DNA of 41,458 bases. Origin: a virus. Lineage: Duplodnaviria > Caudoviricetes. The stretch covers positions 1-41,458 of the IMG/VR virus record IMGVR_UViG_3300004774_000007. One strand, written 5' to 3'. Numbering within the stretch: position 1 is the stretch's first letter; each line of letters starts with the position of its first letter. This document shows positions 28,314 to 35,736 of this stretch, one piece after another. Position numbers and translations under genes: made by a program. Below the pieces are notes generated by a model. That model was not told where the DNA came from. It worked only from the letters and a program-made list of their open reading frames with translations, and did no database searches.

Positions 28314-28465
28314 GGTTCTTTTGTATAACTTTGAAATGCTGGTTTTGGCGGTGGATTTCCATTACAGGCATGGCGGTTAGCCTCTTGCAATGATTTCCAA
28401 GCCCAGTTGCAGTTTGAGCAAACGTAATAAGGTGGCTCTGAAGATGGTCTTACTTGTTTAAGCAT
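28310..28465 (-). CDS. Small zinc-finger-like protein (51 aa)
   Basis: YVCSNCNWAWKSLQEANRHAC; likely ATG at 28465. Confidence 0.55.
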   Translation of the reverse strand: MLKQVRPSSEPPYYVCSNCNWAWKSLQEANRHACNGNPPPKPAFQSYTKEP

Positions 28466-28466
28466 A

Positions 28467-28733
28467 TTATTTTTCGTAAGTAGCATCATAAAAATGCAAA
28501 AGATCACACTCTACGTCACCGCCTTTTTTCAATATTTCTACTGATTTTGCAACAACGCTACGAGAACTTAACGGAAATGATTTTTGCATTACATAAATCA
28601 ATTTATTAGTTCTATTGCGTTCTACAAACGTTTCTTCACATTTATCGGTTACTTGTTTGTCAAGATTAGCTATGGTTCTTTCTAATTGCTCAACAAGCGC
28701 TTCTAAAGCTCTAACTTCAATAGACTTTGTCAT
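28467..28733 (-). CDS. Coiled-coil hypothetical protein
   Basis: GAGG RBS; TAATG coupling. Confidence 0.6.
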   Translation of the reverse strand: MTKSIEVRALEALVEQLERTIANLDKQVTDKCEETFVERNRTNKLIYVMQKSFPLSSRSVVAKSVEILKKGGDVECDLLHFYDATYEK

Positions 28734-29053
28734 TACATCCTCATTTCTGTGCGTTTGGTGTATTCCTGAGTCTTCCAAACCTCGATCTTGAGCTTTGCAG
28801 CCTCGAGCAGATACTTCATGCGTTCTTCAGTTTCAATTGCTACTTTCATGGCATCTAGTTGTTCTTTGTAGCGTGGATGGCTATAAGCGTAAGTGTCTTT
28901 GGCTCCCAATGTTGAAGCAGTAGATTCGTTGATCAAAGTGGCTTTAAGGTATTTCAAATAGTTCTCAATGTGAACTCTGTTGCTCTTGGCCTCTGCGTAC
29001 ACTCCTGCGTTTTTTTGGATGTACTCAATTGCGCGGGTTGGGTCTATGTCCAT
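28733..29053 (-). CDS. Helical phage protein (UvsY-like fold possible)
   Basis: A.AK..R...E......A.L..., AYSHP.Y, ...IEVWKT pattern. Confidence 0.65.
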   Translation of the reverse strand: MDIDPTRAIEYIQKNAGVYAEAKSNRVHIENYLKYLKATLINESTASTLGAKDTYAYSHPRYKEQLDAMKVAIETEERMKYLLEAAKLKIEVWKTQEYTKRTEMRM

Positions 29054-29060
29054 ACTATTC

Positions 29061-29276
29061 CTATAAGTGCTTGTCTATCAGTGCTTGGACACCGGCTTGG
29101 ATGTCTCCATTGCCCATCTCAAGCAACGACATTCGTTGAATGTTGTTCAAACGCAGGTCAACCACTGGAGCTTTTTCCCTTGGTCTTCCTGCGCCTGGTC
29201 TAGCTCCACCCCATTGCTTTCTGGGGCCAACCATCTCAGCCCTCAGTTTTTGCTTGAGCCAACTTGGTTTTGCCAC
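29061..29276 (-). CDS. Small DNA-binding-type protein with WGGARPGAGRP motif
   Basis: GGARPGAGR motif; GGAG RBS before GTG. Confidence 0.65.
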   Translation of the reverse strand: MAKPSWLKQKLRAEMVGPRKQWGGARPGAGRPREKAPVVDLRLNNIQRMSLLEMGNGDIQAGVQALIDKHL

Positions 29277-29421
29277 GTTTGGTCATCTCCAATGCTTTGC
29301 TTGCCAAAAGGGTTGCATCTTCACCGGCTACTACTTTCTTTGCTACTTCTACCAATGTCTTGTATGTATCACGCTGATGCATACGGTACAAACGTTGATA
29401 TTCAATTGATGTCATGTTCAT
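29236..29421 (-). CDS. Hypothetical protein (61 aa)
   Basis: Operonic overlaps. Confidence 0.55.
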   Translation of the reverse strand: MNMTSIEYQRLYRMHQRDTYKTLVEVAKKVVAGEDATLLASKALEMTKRGKTKLAQAKTEG

Positions 29422-29663
29422 GGTTGGCTTTCTTCACGGTACTTGTGGTCAATGTAAGGATCAATCCCGTCCCAAAATAGACGTTCATTCACCTCTCCTT
29501 CAAAAAAGTCTATGATTTCTTGATGCAAGATTTCCATAAACTCTACCCCTTTATGCTTAATCGAAATGACATAAGCATGAGTGGATTCTTTAGCGTCAAC
29601 CCAATCAATCTCGTATTCGATTAAAAACGTTGCGCCTTCGTAGGTGTATTCGGTAGTGTTCAT
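29418..29663 (-). CDS. Acidic hypothetical protein (81 aa)
   Basis: GAGGTG RBS; ATGA overlap. Confidence 0.7.
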   Translation of the reverse strand: MNTTEYTYEGATFLIEYEIDWVDAKESTHAYVISIKHKGVEFMEILHQEIIDFFEGEVNERLFWDGIDPYIDHKYREESQP

Positions 29664-29857
29664 TCTGTCACCTCAATTGCTACATAACGTGTTGCACGTT
29701 CAACTGCTTGCTTCAACGTAACACGAGTGTTTATCATGTTAAGTTTTGCGTTAAACAAGTCATTGGGCAATGGTTGAGGCAAGCTGTCAAAGTAGACAAA
29801 CAGACCCTCTACTTCTGTGTGCATATCAACTAACATCTTCAGGGAAATTGTCGTCAT
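29660..29857 (-). CDS. Hypothetical protein, first gene of the leftward early operon
   Basis: GGAG RBS before ATG 29857. Confidence 0.65.
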   Translation of the reverse strand: MTTISLKMLVDMHTEVEGLFVYFDSLPQPLPNDLFNAKLNMINTRVTLKQAVERATRYVAIEVTE

Positions 29858-29935
29858 TAAGGGCTCCAAGTTAGATCAGCAAGTCGCTGACGAACAGGAT
29901 GTTACTACGTTTTTTACGTTTTTTCAGACTATTTT

Positions 29936-29952
29936 CTAGGTGTTTACCCTAA
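29936..29952. promoter_or_regulatory. Box CTAGGTGTTTACCCTAA in the divergent promoter region
   Basis: 15/17 identical to the reverse complement of 32979-32995; TAACGT lies 23 bp to the right and TAACAT to the left on the minus strand. Confidence 0.6.
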
Positions 29953-29987
29953 TATACAACGTTGAAAAACCGTGTTAACGTCCAGAA

Positions 29988-30164
29988 ATGAACTTAGAAC
30001 ACCTTGAAACAGAATACGCCGAACAGTTAGTCTCGGAGGCCATAGACCGTGCTAGTAGCTACTCCCAGGAGCATGACCTAGATGCTGCTGTGATTGGGCT
30101 GCTGGTCAGGGCGCTTGAAGTTGCTACCCAAAAGATCATCAACGTTAACCAGGTATACCAATGA
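29988..30164 (+). CDS. 58-aa hypothetical protein (absent from the track), possibly leaderless
   Basis: MNLEHLETEYAEQLVSEAIDRASSYSQEHDLDAAVIGLLVRALEVATQKIINVNQVYQ; ATGA overlap with the next ORF. Confidence 0.65.
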   Translation: MNLEHLETEYAEQLVSEAIDRASSYSQEHDLDAAVIGLLVRALEVATQKIINVNQVYQ

Positions 30165-30352
30165 CATATCTCACACTCGAAGAATCCCAATGCTTAGGAA
30201 AGCACCAGTTTCCAACGCATAACATTGCCAAAGGCAGCATAAAAAAACACTCGTCCGATGCGCTCGAGGTCTTTAAATGCCCGCACTGCGGCTTCTACCA
30301 TGTAGGCCATGCGATCCCCAAACAAAAAAACTTTAAAAGATCGCCAAAGTAA
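30161..30352 (+). CDS. Small zinc-ribbon protein
   Basis: C.GK..F and FKCPHCGFYHVGH. Confidence 0.75.
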   Translation: MTYLTLEESQCLGKHQFPTHNIAKGSIKKHSSDALEVFKCPHCGFYHVGHAIPKQKNFKRSPK

Positions 30353-30360
30353 TATATTAT

Positions 30361-30456
30361 GGGGCCACGGCTACCTTTAGCGGGGGAAAAGACGTCTTAT
30401 CACCGTCCTGCCGATGACTCCTTTCAGTGATAACAAACCGTGATAAAGGTTGCAAA
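30361..30456 (+). ncRNA. Candidate cis-regulatory RNA (three-way junction plus pseudoknot targets) in the leader of the replication initiator
   Basis: CGGC/GCCG closing stem, CCTT-TAGC-GGGG and GACG-TCTTATCAC-CGTC hairpins; loop TTATCAC complementary to GTGATAA at 30427 and 30440. Confidence 0.6.
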
Positions 30457-31092
30457 ATGCACTACTACCAGTTCAATATTGGGGACTATCAGTCCCATAC
30501 ATCTCACCTTTCAGAGACAGAAGATTTGGCTTACCGCCGAATGCTTGATTGGTGCTATCTCCACGAAAAACCGTTACCAGTAGACCCTGAAGAAATTTCA
30601 AGGTTGGTTCGTATGCGAACGCATAGCGAAAGCATTGCCATCGTATTGGAAGAGTTTTTTGTCAATCAAAACGAAGGTTGGTTTTCCGAAAGAGTTAACA
30701 AAGAAATCCAGCATTACAGAGACAAAATTGAGAAGGCTTCTAAGGCCGGTAAAGCGTCTGCTCAACAGAGGTTCAACGGACGTTCAACAGATGTTCAACC
30801 AACCAATAACCATAAACCAATAACCAATAACCAAGAAACAATAAAGAAAGAAAAGATAGAAGCACCGGCTGGTGTAACGCCTGAAACTTGGGCAGCCTTT
30901 GTACAACAGAGAAAAACGAAGAAAGCACAGATTACGCAACTGGTTCTAGACAGCATTGCTAAACAAGCATCTCTTGCAAGCTGGAGTCTTGAAGATGCGT
31001 TGAAGGAAATTGTTGTTCGCAACTGGACATCTTTTAACGCTGAGTGGGTTAAAGGTAAACCAAAAAACGATTTTATGAAAGGTTTGATATGA
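30457..31092 (+). CDS. YdaU/DUF1376-family replication initiator (lambda O analogue)
   Basis: MHYYQFNIGDY...T.HLS..E..AYRR.LD..Y..EKPLP N-terminus; internal iterons; upstream of the helicase. Confidence 0.85.
   Translation: MHYYQFNIGDYQSHTSHLSETEDLAYRRMLDWCYLHEKPLPVDPEEISRLVRMRTHSESIAIVLEEFFVNQNEGWFSERVNKEIQHYRDKIEKASKAGKASAQQRFNGRSTDVQPTNNHKPITNNQETIKKEKIEAPAGVTPETWAAFVQQRKTKKAQITQLVLDSIAKQASLASWSLEDALKEIVVRNWTSFNAEWVKGKPKNDFMKGLI
30760..30840 (+). repeat. Probable replication origin: four G(C/T)TCAAC iterons with 11-bp period, then AACCAAT-like 7-mer repeats
   Basis: Iterons at 30760, 30771, 30782, 30793; A/C-rich strand-asymmetric tract follows, as in lambdoid ori within O. Confidence 0.7.
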
Positions 31093-31418
31093 GAGGCCAT
31101 GAACACATCATTGAGTTACGGAAAAAACGTTTGCTTCCGGAAAGCATCTTTATCCAAGACTACCCAACCCCTCTGACAGACTGGTTTGAACACGGAGATT
31201 ACCCTCATGTCTGTGTTGATGGTGACGTAATAGAAACCCTTGATTTGCGGTTTTTAGTGGGAACAGTAGTCCACATATCAACGGAGTCAGAAAGTCGCGG
31301 AAAAGCCCTTTTAAACGCCTGTGTGAGACATGGTGCAACGACAGTCATTGCTTGTCAAACAACAAAAGTAATGCCGGAAAAATGGGAAGTGTCTTGGATG
31401 GAGGTTTTCAATGGCTAA
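31089..31418 (+). CDS. Hypothetical protein between initiator and helicase
   Basis: MRGHE.II.LR...DLRFLVG..VHI; operonic. Confidence 0.7.
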   Translation: MRGHEHIIELRKKRLLPESIFIQDYPTPLTDWFEHGDYPHVCVDGDVIETLDLRFLVGTVVHISTESESRGKALLNACVRHGATTVIACQTTKVMPEKWEVSWMEVFNG

Positions 31419-32367
31419 TTACCTGGACGACAGTATTGATTTCACACAGTACTTGAAGGAAACAGACAACCAAACCAACGTAAAGAGTGCTGCTGTTTAC
31501 ATTCCTGCCATAAAAAAGCAGATGCGGGACTCTAGCAAAGAACGGAAAGTTTGGATGCCTTGGACGAAAGCAAACGATTCTTTCTACTTTCGACCAGGAG
31601 AGGTGACAGTCTGGGCAGGGATGAACGGACATGGCAAGTCCCAAGTCACTGCACAGATAGCAATGCACTTGTTGAAACAAAAAGAAAAAGTCTGCTTGGC
31701 AAGCTTTGAGATGAAACCGGCTCAAACAATACGCCTGATGGCTCGGATGTTTATCGGAACAAACCCTTTCACCCCTGAGTACCAAAATGACGAAGGATAT
31801 GAAGTTCTCGACCTCTTGTTAGACAAGTTTGGTGCTTGGTCTAAGAACCTGTGGATTTACGATCAGACTGGTACAACAAACGTTGAAACCGTAATCGGTA
31901 TGACTAGGTACTGTGCCAAAGAATTGAAGATTAACCACATCTTCATTGACTCACTAATGAAGGTTGTTGGTAGCGAAGAGGATATGACCGGACAGAAGAT
32001 GCTGGTAGCGGAATTGTTCTCAATTGCAAAAGACCACAACGTCCATATCCACTTGATACACCATGTACGCAAGCCAGCTAACGAGAACGTCATTCCTGAC
32101 AAATATGACTTGAAGGGTAGTGGCTCGATTTCCGATCAGGTAGACAATGTCTTTACAGTGTTCCGAAATAAGGCCAAAGAGGATGATGTACGAAACAACG
32201 GAAAATTTGGTACAAAAGCTGCCGAATTTGACTCAATCCTGAAGTGCTGTAAACAACGGCATTACGAAGGCAGTGGTGATGGTGAACCAGCCATTTCGTT
32301 GTGGCTGCACAGGGACTCAGGGCAGTTCATTGGACAGCCCCTTGATCCTGTTTTTGTTTATGAGTGA
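31411..32367 (+). CDS. SF4 (DnaB/T7 gp4-like) replicative helicase, ATPase domain only
   Basis: Walker A GMNGHGKS, SFEM, Walker B IFIDSL, HLIHHVRK and DLKGSGSI..QVDN. Confidence 0.9.
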   Translation: MANYLDDSIDFTQYLKETDNQTNVKSAAVYIPAIKKQMRDSSKERKVWMPWTKANDSFYFRPGEVTVWAGMNGHGKSQVTAQIAMHLLKQKEKVCLASFEMKPAQTIRLMARMFIGTNPFTPEYQNDEGYEVLDLLLDKFGAWSKNLWIYDQTGTTNVETVIGMTRYCAKELKINHIFIDSLMKVVGSEEDMTGQKMLVAELFSIAKDHNVHIHLIHHVRKPANENVIPDKYDLKGSGSISDQVDNVFTVFRNKAKEDDVRNNGKFGTKAAEFDSILKCCKQRHYEGSGDGEPAISLWLHRDSGQFIGQPLDPVFVYE

Positions 32368-32569
32368 CAGGGATATTTTGGAGAAAGCAGAGGCCAGAGT
32401 GCTTGTTCCGTCTTACTACGCTACTGTTAAAAAGGTAGGAAAACAAGAAGCAGCACTCTGGCTAATGAAACGAATCAGGGACATAGAACGCCACTACGGA
32501 CAAGGATTTGAACGAAGAGTCAGAACCTATATGCGTGAAGTGGATGAACAGGAATTGCTCAATGATTGA
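32360..32569 (+). CDS. Hypothetical protein (MSDRDILEKAEARV..., 69 aa)
   Basis: Overlaps both neighbours; likely ATG 32360. Confidence 0.65.
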   Translation: MSDRDILEKAEARVLVPSYYATVKKVGKQEAALWLMKRIRDIERHYGQGFERRVRTYMREVDEQELLND

Positions 32570-32981
32570 ATTTAAAGTACCAGGTGAACCCAAGGGAAAG
32601 GGTAGACCAAGGTTTTCTCGAGTAGGAAACTTTACCAAGACCTATACGGATGCCAAGACCAAGATGTACGAGGAACAGATAGCCTCTGCTGCTCGACTAC
32701 AGATGTACCCTCATGAACCGTTAGAAACGCCGTTAAACGTGACTTTAGAACTTCATGTAGGTGTACCAGTGTCTTACTCCAAAAAACGTAGGTATGCTTG
32801 TCTAACAGGCGAGGAATGGCCTACAAAGAAGCCCGACATAGACAATGTTGCTAAAGCCTTCTTAGATGCAATGAACGGCATTGTATACAAGGATGATGTC
32901 CAGGTGATCCGACTCTATGTCTCCAAAACGTACAGCATTGATCCCCATGTCCATATCACAGTTCACGAGGTTTTGCCATAA
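32562..32981 (+). CDS. rusA: RusA-family Holliday junction resolvase
   Basis: VPGEPKGKGRPR and KKPDIDNVAKAFLDAMNGIVYKDD.QV. Confidence 0.92.
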   Translation: MIEFKVPGEPKGKGRPRFSRVGNFTKTYTDAKTKMYEEQIASAARLQMYPHEPLETPLNVTLELHVGVPVSYSKKRRYACLTGEEWPTKKPDIDNVAKAFLDAMNGIVYKDDVQVIRLYVSKTYSIDPHVHITVHEVLP

Positions 32982-33023
32982 GGGTAAACACTTAGAAAAA
33001 AGTGGTGAAAGTTCGTATAACAT
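32979..33023 (+). promoter_or_regulatory. Box TAAGGGTAAACACTTAG plus -10 (TAACAT) for the recombination operon
   Basis: 22-bp gap between box and -10, as at 25924; followed by a TTCCTC/GAGGAA hairpin and AGGAG RBS. Confidence 0.6.
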
Positions 33024-33077
33024 AGCGTTTCCTCACAACGAGGAACTCAGACTTTAAATATCGTATAGGAGTTGAAT

Positions 33078-33299
33078 ATGAAATCGTTGATTGAACAGTA
33101 TCGGGAAGAATTCCAGGGCATAGAGTATTGCTGCTACTGCATGGAACCCAAAGATGGCAAGCACTCTTGCTGTCAAGAAAACCACTTTATCCCTTTTGAA
33201 GACTTTGATGATGTAGATCAAATACACATCATTGACGGGGAAATCGCACTTGCTGTCTGGCAAGCTGAAAAACAATTGGAGATCGCAAATGGACGTTAA
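33078..33299 (+). CDS. Small Cys-rich hypothetical protein
   Basis: YCCYC...SCCQENHF; AGGAG RBS. Confidence 0.7.
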   Translation: MKSLIEQYREEFQGIEYCCYCMEPKDGKHSCCQENHFIPFEDFDDVDQIHIIDGEIALAVWQAEKQLEIANGR

Positions 33300-33864
33300 T
33301 ACACTACTCAAGCTCAACGTAAACGAGCATACGGAAAAGAAGGGCAACCTTACTTACCTGTCTTGGGCATGGGCATGGGCTGAAGCACTCAAAGCCGATC
33401 CTGCTGCTCACTTCCAAGTACAGATGTTTGGCGACAAGTGCTGGATCGACATCAACGGCACTTACATGGTATGGGTAACAGCAACCCTGTTTAACAAGCC
33501 TATAACGTGCCAATTGCCGGTCATGGATCACCGCAACAAGGCTATACAGCACCCTGATGCTTTCGCAGTAAATACAGCCATCATGCGCTGCATGACCAAA
33601 GCATTGTCGTTGCATGGTCTTGGCCTGTACATCTATGCCGGTGAAGACTTGCCTCAAATGGATACAGGATTGATCGACCAGGTTGTAGAGGCCATCAAAG
33701 GTCTACACGCCAAGAGTGACTTGGCAGGAATGTACGGAGAATGGGAATCCATCTCTGACAACGATGTTAGGCTTGCAGTGTGGGAAGCACTCAAGATTGA
33801 CAGTAAAGTACGCGCTGCTATCAAAGCGTTCAAATCTAAACTTGATGAGGTAAATAATGGCTGA
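33289..33864 (+). CDS. Sak/DUF1071 (Rad52-like) single-strand annealing protein
   Basis: EKKGNLTYLSWAWAW, LPVMDHRNKAI and RC.TKA..LHGLGLYIYAGEDLP. Confidence 0.88.
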   Translation: MDVNTLLKLNVNEHTEKKGNLTYLSWAWAWAEALKADPAAHFQVQMFGDKCWIDINGTYMVWVTATLFNKPITCQLPVMDHRNKAIQHPDAFAVNTAIMRCMTKALSLHGLGLYIYAGEDLPQMDTGLIDQVVEAIKGLHAKSDLAGMYGEWESISDNDVRLAVWEALKIDSKVRAAIKAFKSKLDEVNNG

Positions 33865-34108
33865 ATATGACAACACAAACAGAGGTTCACTTTTTAAGAA
33901 CACAAAGAAAGAGGAAGACCGGCATCCTGACTACAACGGGTCTATCAATGTAGAAGGTACAGAGTACTGGTTAAACGCTTGGATCAAAGAGTCTAAAAAA
34001 GACGGTACAAAGTTCTTTTCTCTTTCTATCAAAGAAAAGCAGGACTCCCCCCGTCAAAGTTCTGCACCAACCCGTAAAACAAAGGTCGATGACGATCTTC
34101 CATTCTGA
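33857..34108 (+). CDS. Short phage single-stranded DNA-binding protein
   Basis: GSLFKN.KK....PDY.G.I.V.G.EYW..AW and acidic DDDLPF tail; follows the annealase. Confidence 0.8.
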   Translation: MAEYDNTNRGSLFKNTKKEEDRHPDYNGSINVEGTEYWLNAWIKESKKDGTKFFSLSIKEKQDSPRQSSAPTRKTKVDDDLPF

Positions 34109-34296
34109 TGAACACACTAACTAACCCCAAAACTGGAGAAGTACTAACCGAGACACCTACTTGCTGGGTATCTACTACCGGTGAAGTGCTTCTCAAAACG
34201 AGCAATGATTGGTTCCAAACGGAAACAAAACAACGCAAACCCTCCCCTGACTTTAAAGGAATTATTGAATATGATTACACTAATATTTTCGGTTGA
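34108..34296 (+). CDS. Hypothetical protein (62 aa)
   Basis: TGATG coupling; TGEVL repeated twice. Confidence 0.55.
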   Translation: MNTLTNPKTGEVLTETPTCWVSTTGEVLLKTSNDWFQTETKQRKPSPDFKGIIEYDYTNIFG

Positions 34297-34420
34297 AGAA
34301 GTTAACTCAATCCTGTCTGCTTTGTCTAAGTTCCCATACGAACAAGTCAAAGGACTGATTGAGAAAGTACAAGAGCAAGCAACACCCCAGGTTCAACAAT
34401 CTGCCGGTTTGAACGAATAG
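34271..34420 (+). CDS. Small helical protein (49 aa)
   Basis: EEVN.IL.AL...PYEQV..LI pattern; AAGGA RBS. Confidence 0.65.
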   Translation: MITLIFSVEEVNSILSALSKFPYEQVKGLIEKVQEQATPQVQQSAGLNE

Positions 34421-34426
34421 TAATTA

Positions 34427-34491
34427 GGGGGAAAGCGGATGCTGATACAGGGGACTGCGGAACGGCGGTCAGTCAGTGCAGCGAGTACCCC
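34427..34491 (+). ncRNA. Candidate structured intergenic RNA with a bulged-G (sarcin-ricin/loop E) motif
   Basis: GGGG-GAA...AGTA-CCCC base; GC/GC, TGCTGA/TCAGTG(CA) and GACTGC/GCGGTC stems. Confidence 0.55.
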
Positions 34492-34508
34492 GACTTCAAG
34501 GAATAGAA

Positions 34509-34703
34509 ATGAAAAAGTTAATGGAATTGATGAAAGAGCCGTTCAAGAAACCAACACCACTTGAATTGATAGCTCAACAGCTTACAGATGCCCATATAGA
34601 CCTGTTGCAAGCAGAACAAGGGGTTGACTACGCTAACAGCATTGTCTCGTATAACAAGACCGTTATAGCCCGTTTAAACCAACGCATACAGGAATACAAA
34701 TGA
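34509..34703 (+). CDS. Hypothetical coiled-coil protein (64 aa)
   Basis: AAGGA RBS; PTPLE.....L..A...LL.A....YA...V.YN...I.RL. Confidence 0.7.
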   Translation: MKKLMELMKEPFKKPTPLELIAQQLTDAHIDLLQAEQGVDYANSIVSYNKTVIARLNQRIQEYK

Positions 34704-34795
34704 CAACATGGCCCTTCCCACTAAAACCATTGCCTGATAAACCATATCAGCGCGTACCTTTTAATCCTGATAACTACGAGGATGCACCGTTATGA
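34700..34795 (+). CDS. 31-aa Pro-rich peptide (absent from the track)
   Basis: MTTWPFPLKPLPDKPYQRVPFNPDNYEDAPL; ATGA overlaps at both ends. Confidence 0.6.
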   Translation: MTTWPFPLKPLPDKPYQRVPFNPDNYEDAPL

Positions 34796-34953
34796 CTGAA
34801 GCAGACATCAAACGAATCAACGAAGCTTATACAAAACAAACGCTTTACCAAGATCCTATAGATGACTTTGCTGCAACATTCAAGGGCTTGATTGCTATGA
34901 TATTTGTTGTAGCTGGTGTGGCAATGATTGCCTATGCGATATGGGGGAAGTGA
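34792..34953 (+). CDS. 53-aa protein with a C-terminal TM helix (absent from the track)
   Basis: ...GLIAMIFVVAGVAMIAYAIWGK; GAGG RBS. Confidence 0.65.
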   Translation: MTEADIKRINEAYTKQTLYQDPIDDFAATFKGLIAMIFVVAGVAMIAYAIWGK

Positions 34954-35156
34954 TGACTACGCTTGGAGCATATTTGCGCGGGTTAAGACTGTGCCAAACG
35001 AATGTGTCATTGGAAAAAATGTCGGTAAAGATTGGATGCACAAAGTCTTATCTGTCTGACGTTGAAAATGACAAGATTGTGCCTCGGCTATCTAAAGCCA
35101 AGGACATAGCAAAAGGATACAAAACAAGCCTAAATCAAATGGGGAATTATTTATGA
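34953..35156 (+). CDS. XRE-family helix-turn-helix protein
   Basis: LG.YLR.LR.....SLE.MS.KIG.TKSYLSDVE.....P. Confidence 0.8.
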   Translation: MTTLGAYLRGLRLCQTNVSLEKMSVKIGCTKSYLSDVENDKIVPRLSKAKDIAKGYKTSLNQMGNYL

Positions 35157-35461
35157 AGACCTGCCCTAACTGCGGAATGGCGAAAGGGATGCACGGCAGC
35201 ATATTGCCGGGTTGTATGTGCCATTGGACGCCACAAGAAACTGACTGCTATGGTGACGGAAACGTGTATCGCGGTGTTCGCAGTCGTGATAGCGAACGCA
35301 ACACTTTCAAACCAGACTACAACACCGAAGCTGTGCTGGTTGAAGAAATACAACGCATGGCTAAACGCATAGAGGAACTAGAAGCCATGCTGGAGCGCCA
35401 AACAGCCCGCATCGTTGAACTGCAAGAACACATTGAAAACTTTGATGGAGAAGACAGATGA
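35153..35461 (+). CDS. Hypothetical protein (Cys-rich N-terminus, coiled-coil C-terminus)
   Basis: ATGA-coupled operon. Confidence 0.65.
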   Translation: MKTCPNCGMAKGMHGSILPGCMCHWTPQETDCYGDGNVYRGVRSRDSERNTFKPDYNTEAVLVEEIQRMAKRIEELEAMLERQTARIVELQEHIENFDGEDR

Positions 35462-35736
35462 GCAGAGAAGACCTTATACGCATAGCCAGAGAAGCTCGTA
35501 TGCCGTACTTTTACCAAACCTTTGAGATTGCAAATCTTGATGGTCTTGAGCGTTTTGCTAACCTCATTCGTGCAGATGAACGCAATCGAGCCATGCGTGA
35601 AAACGCTTATGTACTTGCTGAACGAGAGGCGTGTGCCGCCAAAGCAGAGCAGGTTGGTCAGCATAAAAACCATATTGGTATAGCCGCCGCAATACGCGCA
35701 AGAGGCCAACAGACTTCCGAAGGGGGAGCAACATGA
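35458..35736 (+). CDS. Hypothetical protein (EREACA...AAAIRARG type)
   Basis: REDLIRIAREA, LERFA and EREACA motifs typical of phage accessory operons. Confidence 0.7.
   Translation: MSREDLIRIAREARMPYFYQTFEIANLDGLERFANLIRADERNRAMRENAYVLAEREACAAKAEQVGQHKNHIGIAAAIRARGQQTSEGGAT

Noticed and set aside
30361-30421. tRNA or hammerhead ribozyme
   Set aside because: No T-loop/D-loop consensus or CCA end; hammerhead CUGANGA core absent
34953-35156. Lysogeny repressor (CI)
   Set aside because: HTH only, embedded mid-operon, with no peptidase domain, divergent cro or integrase
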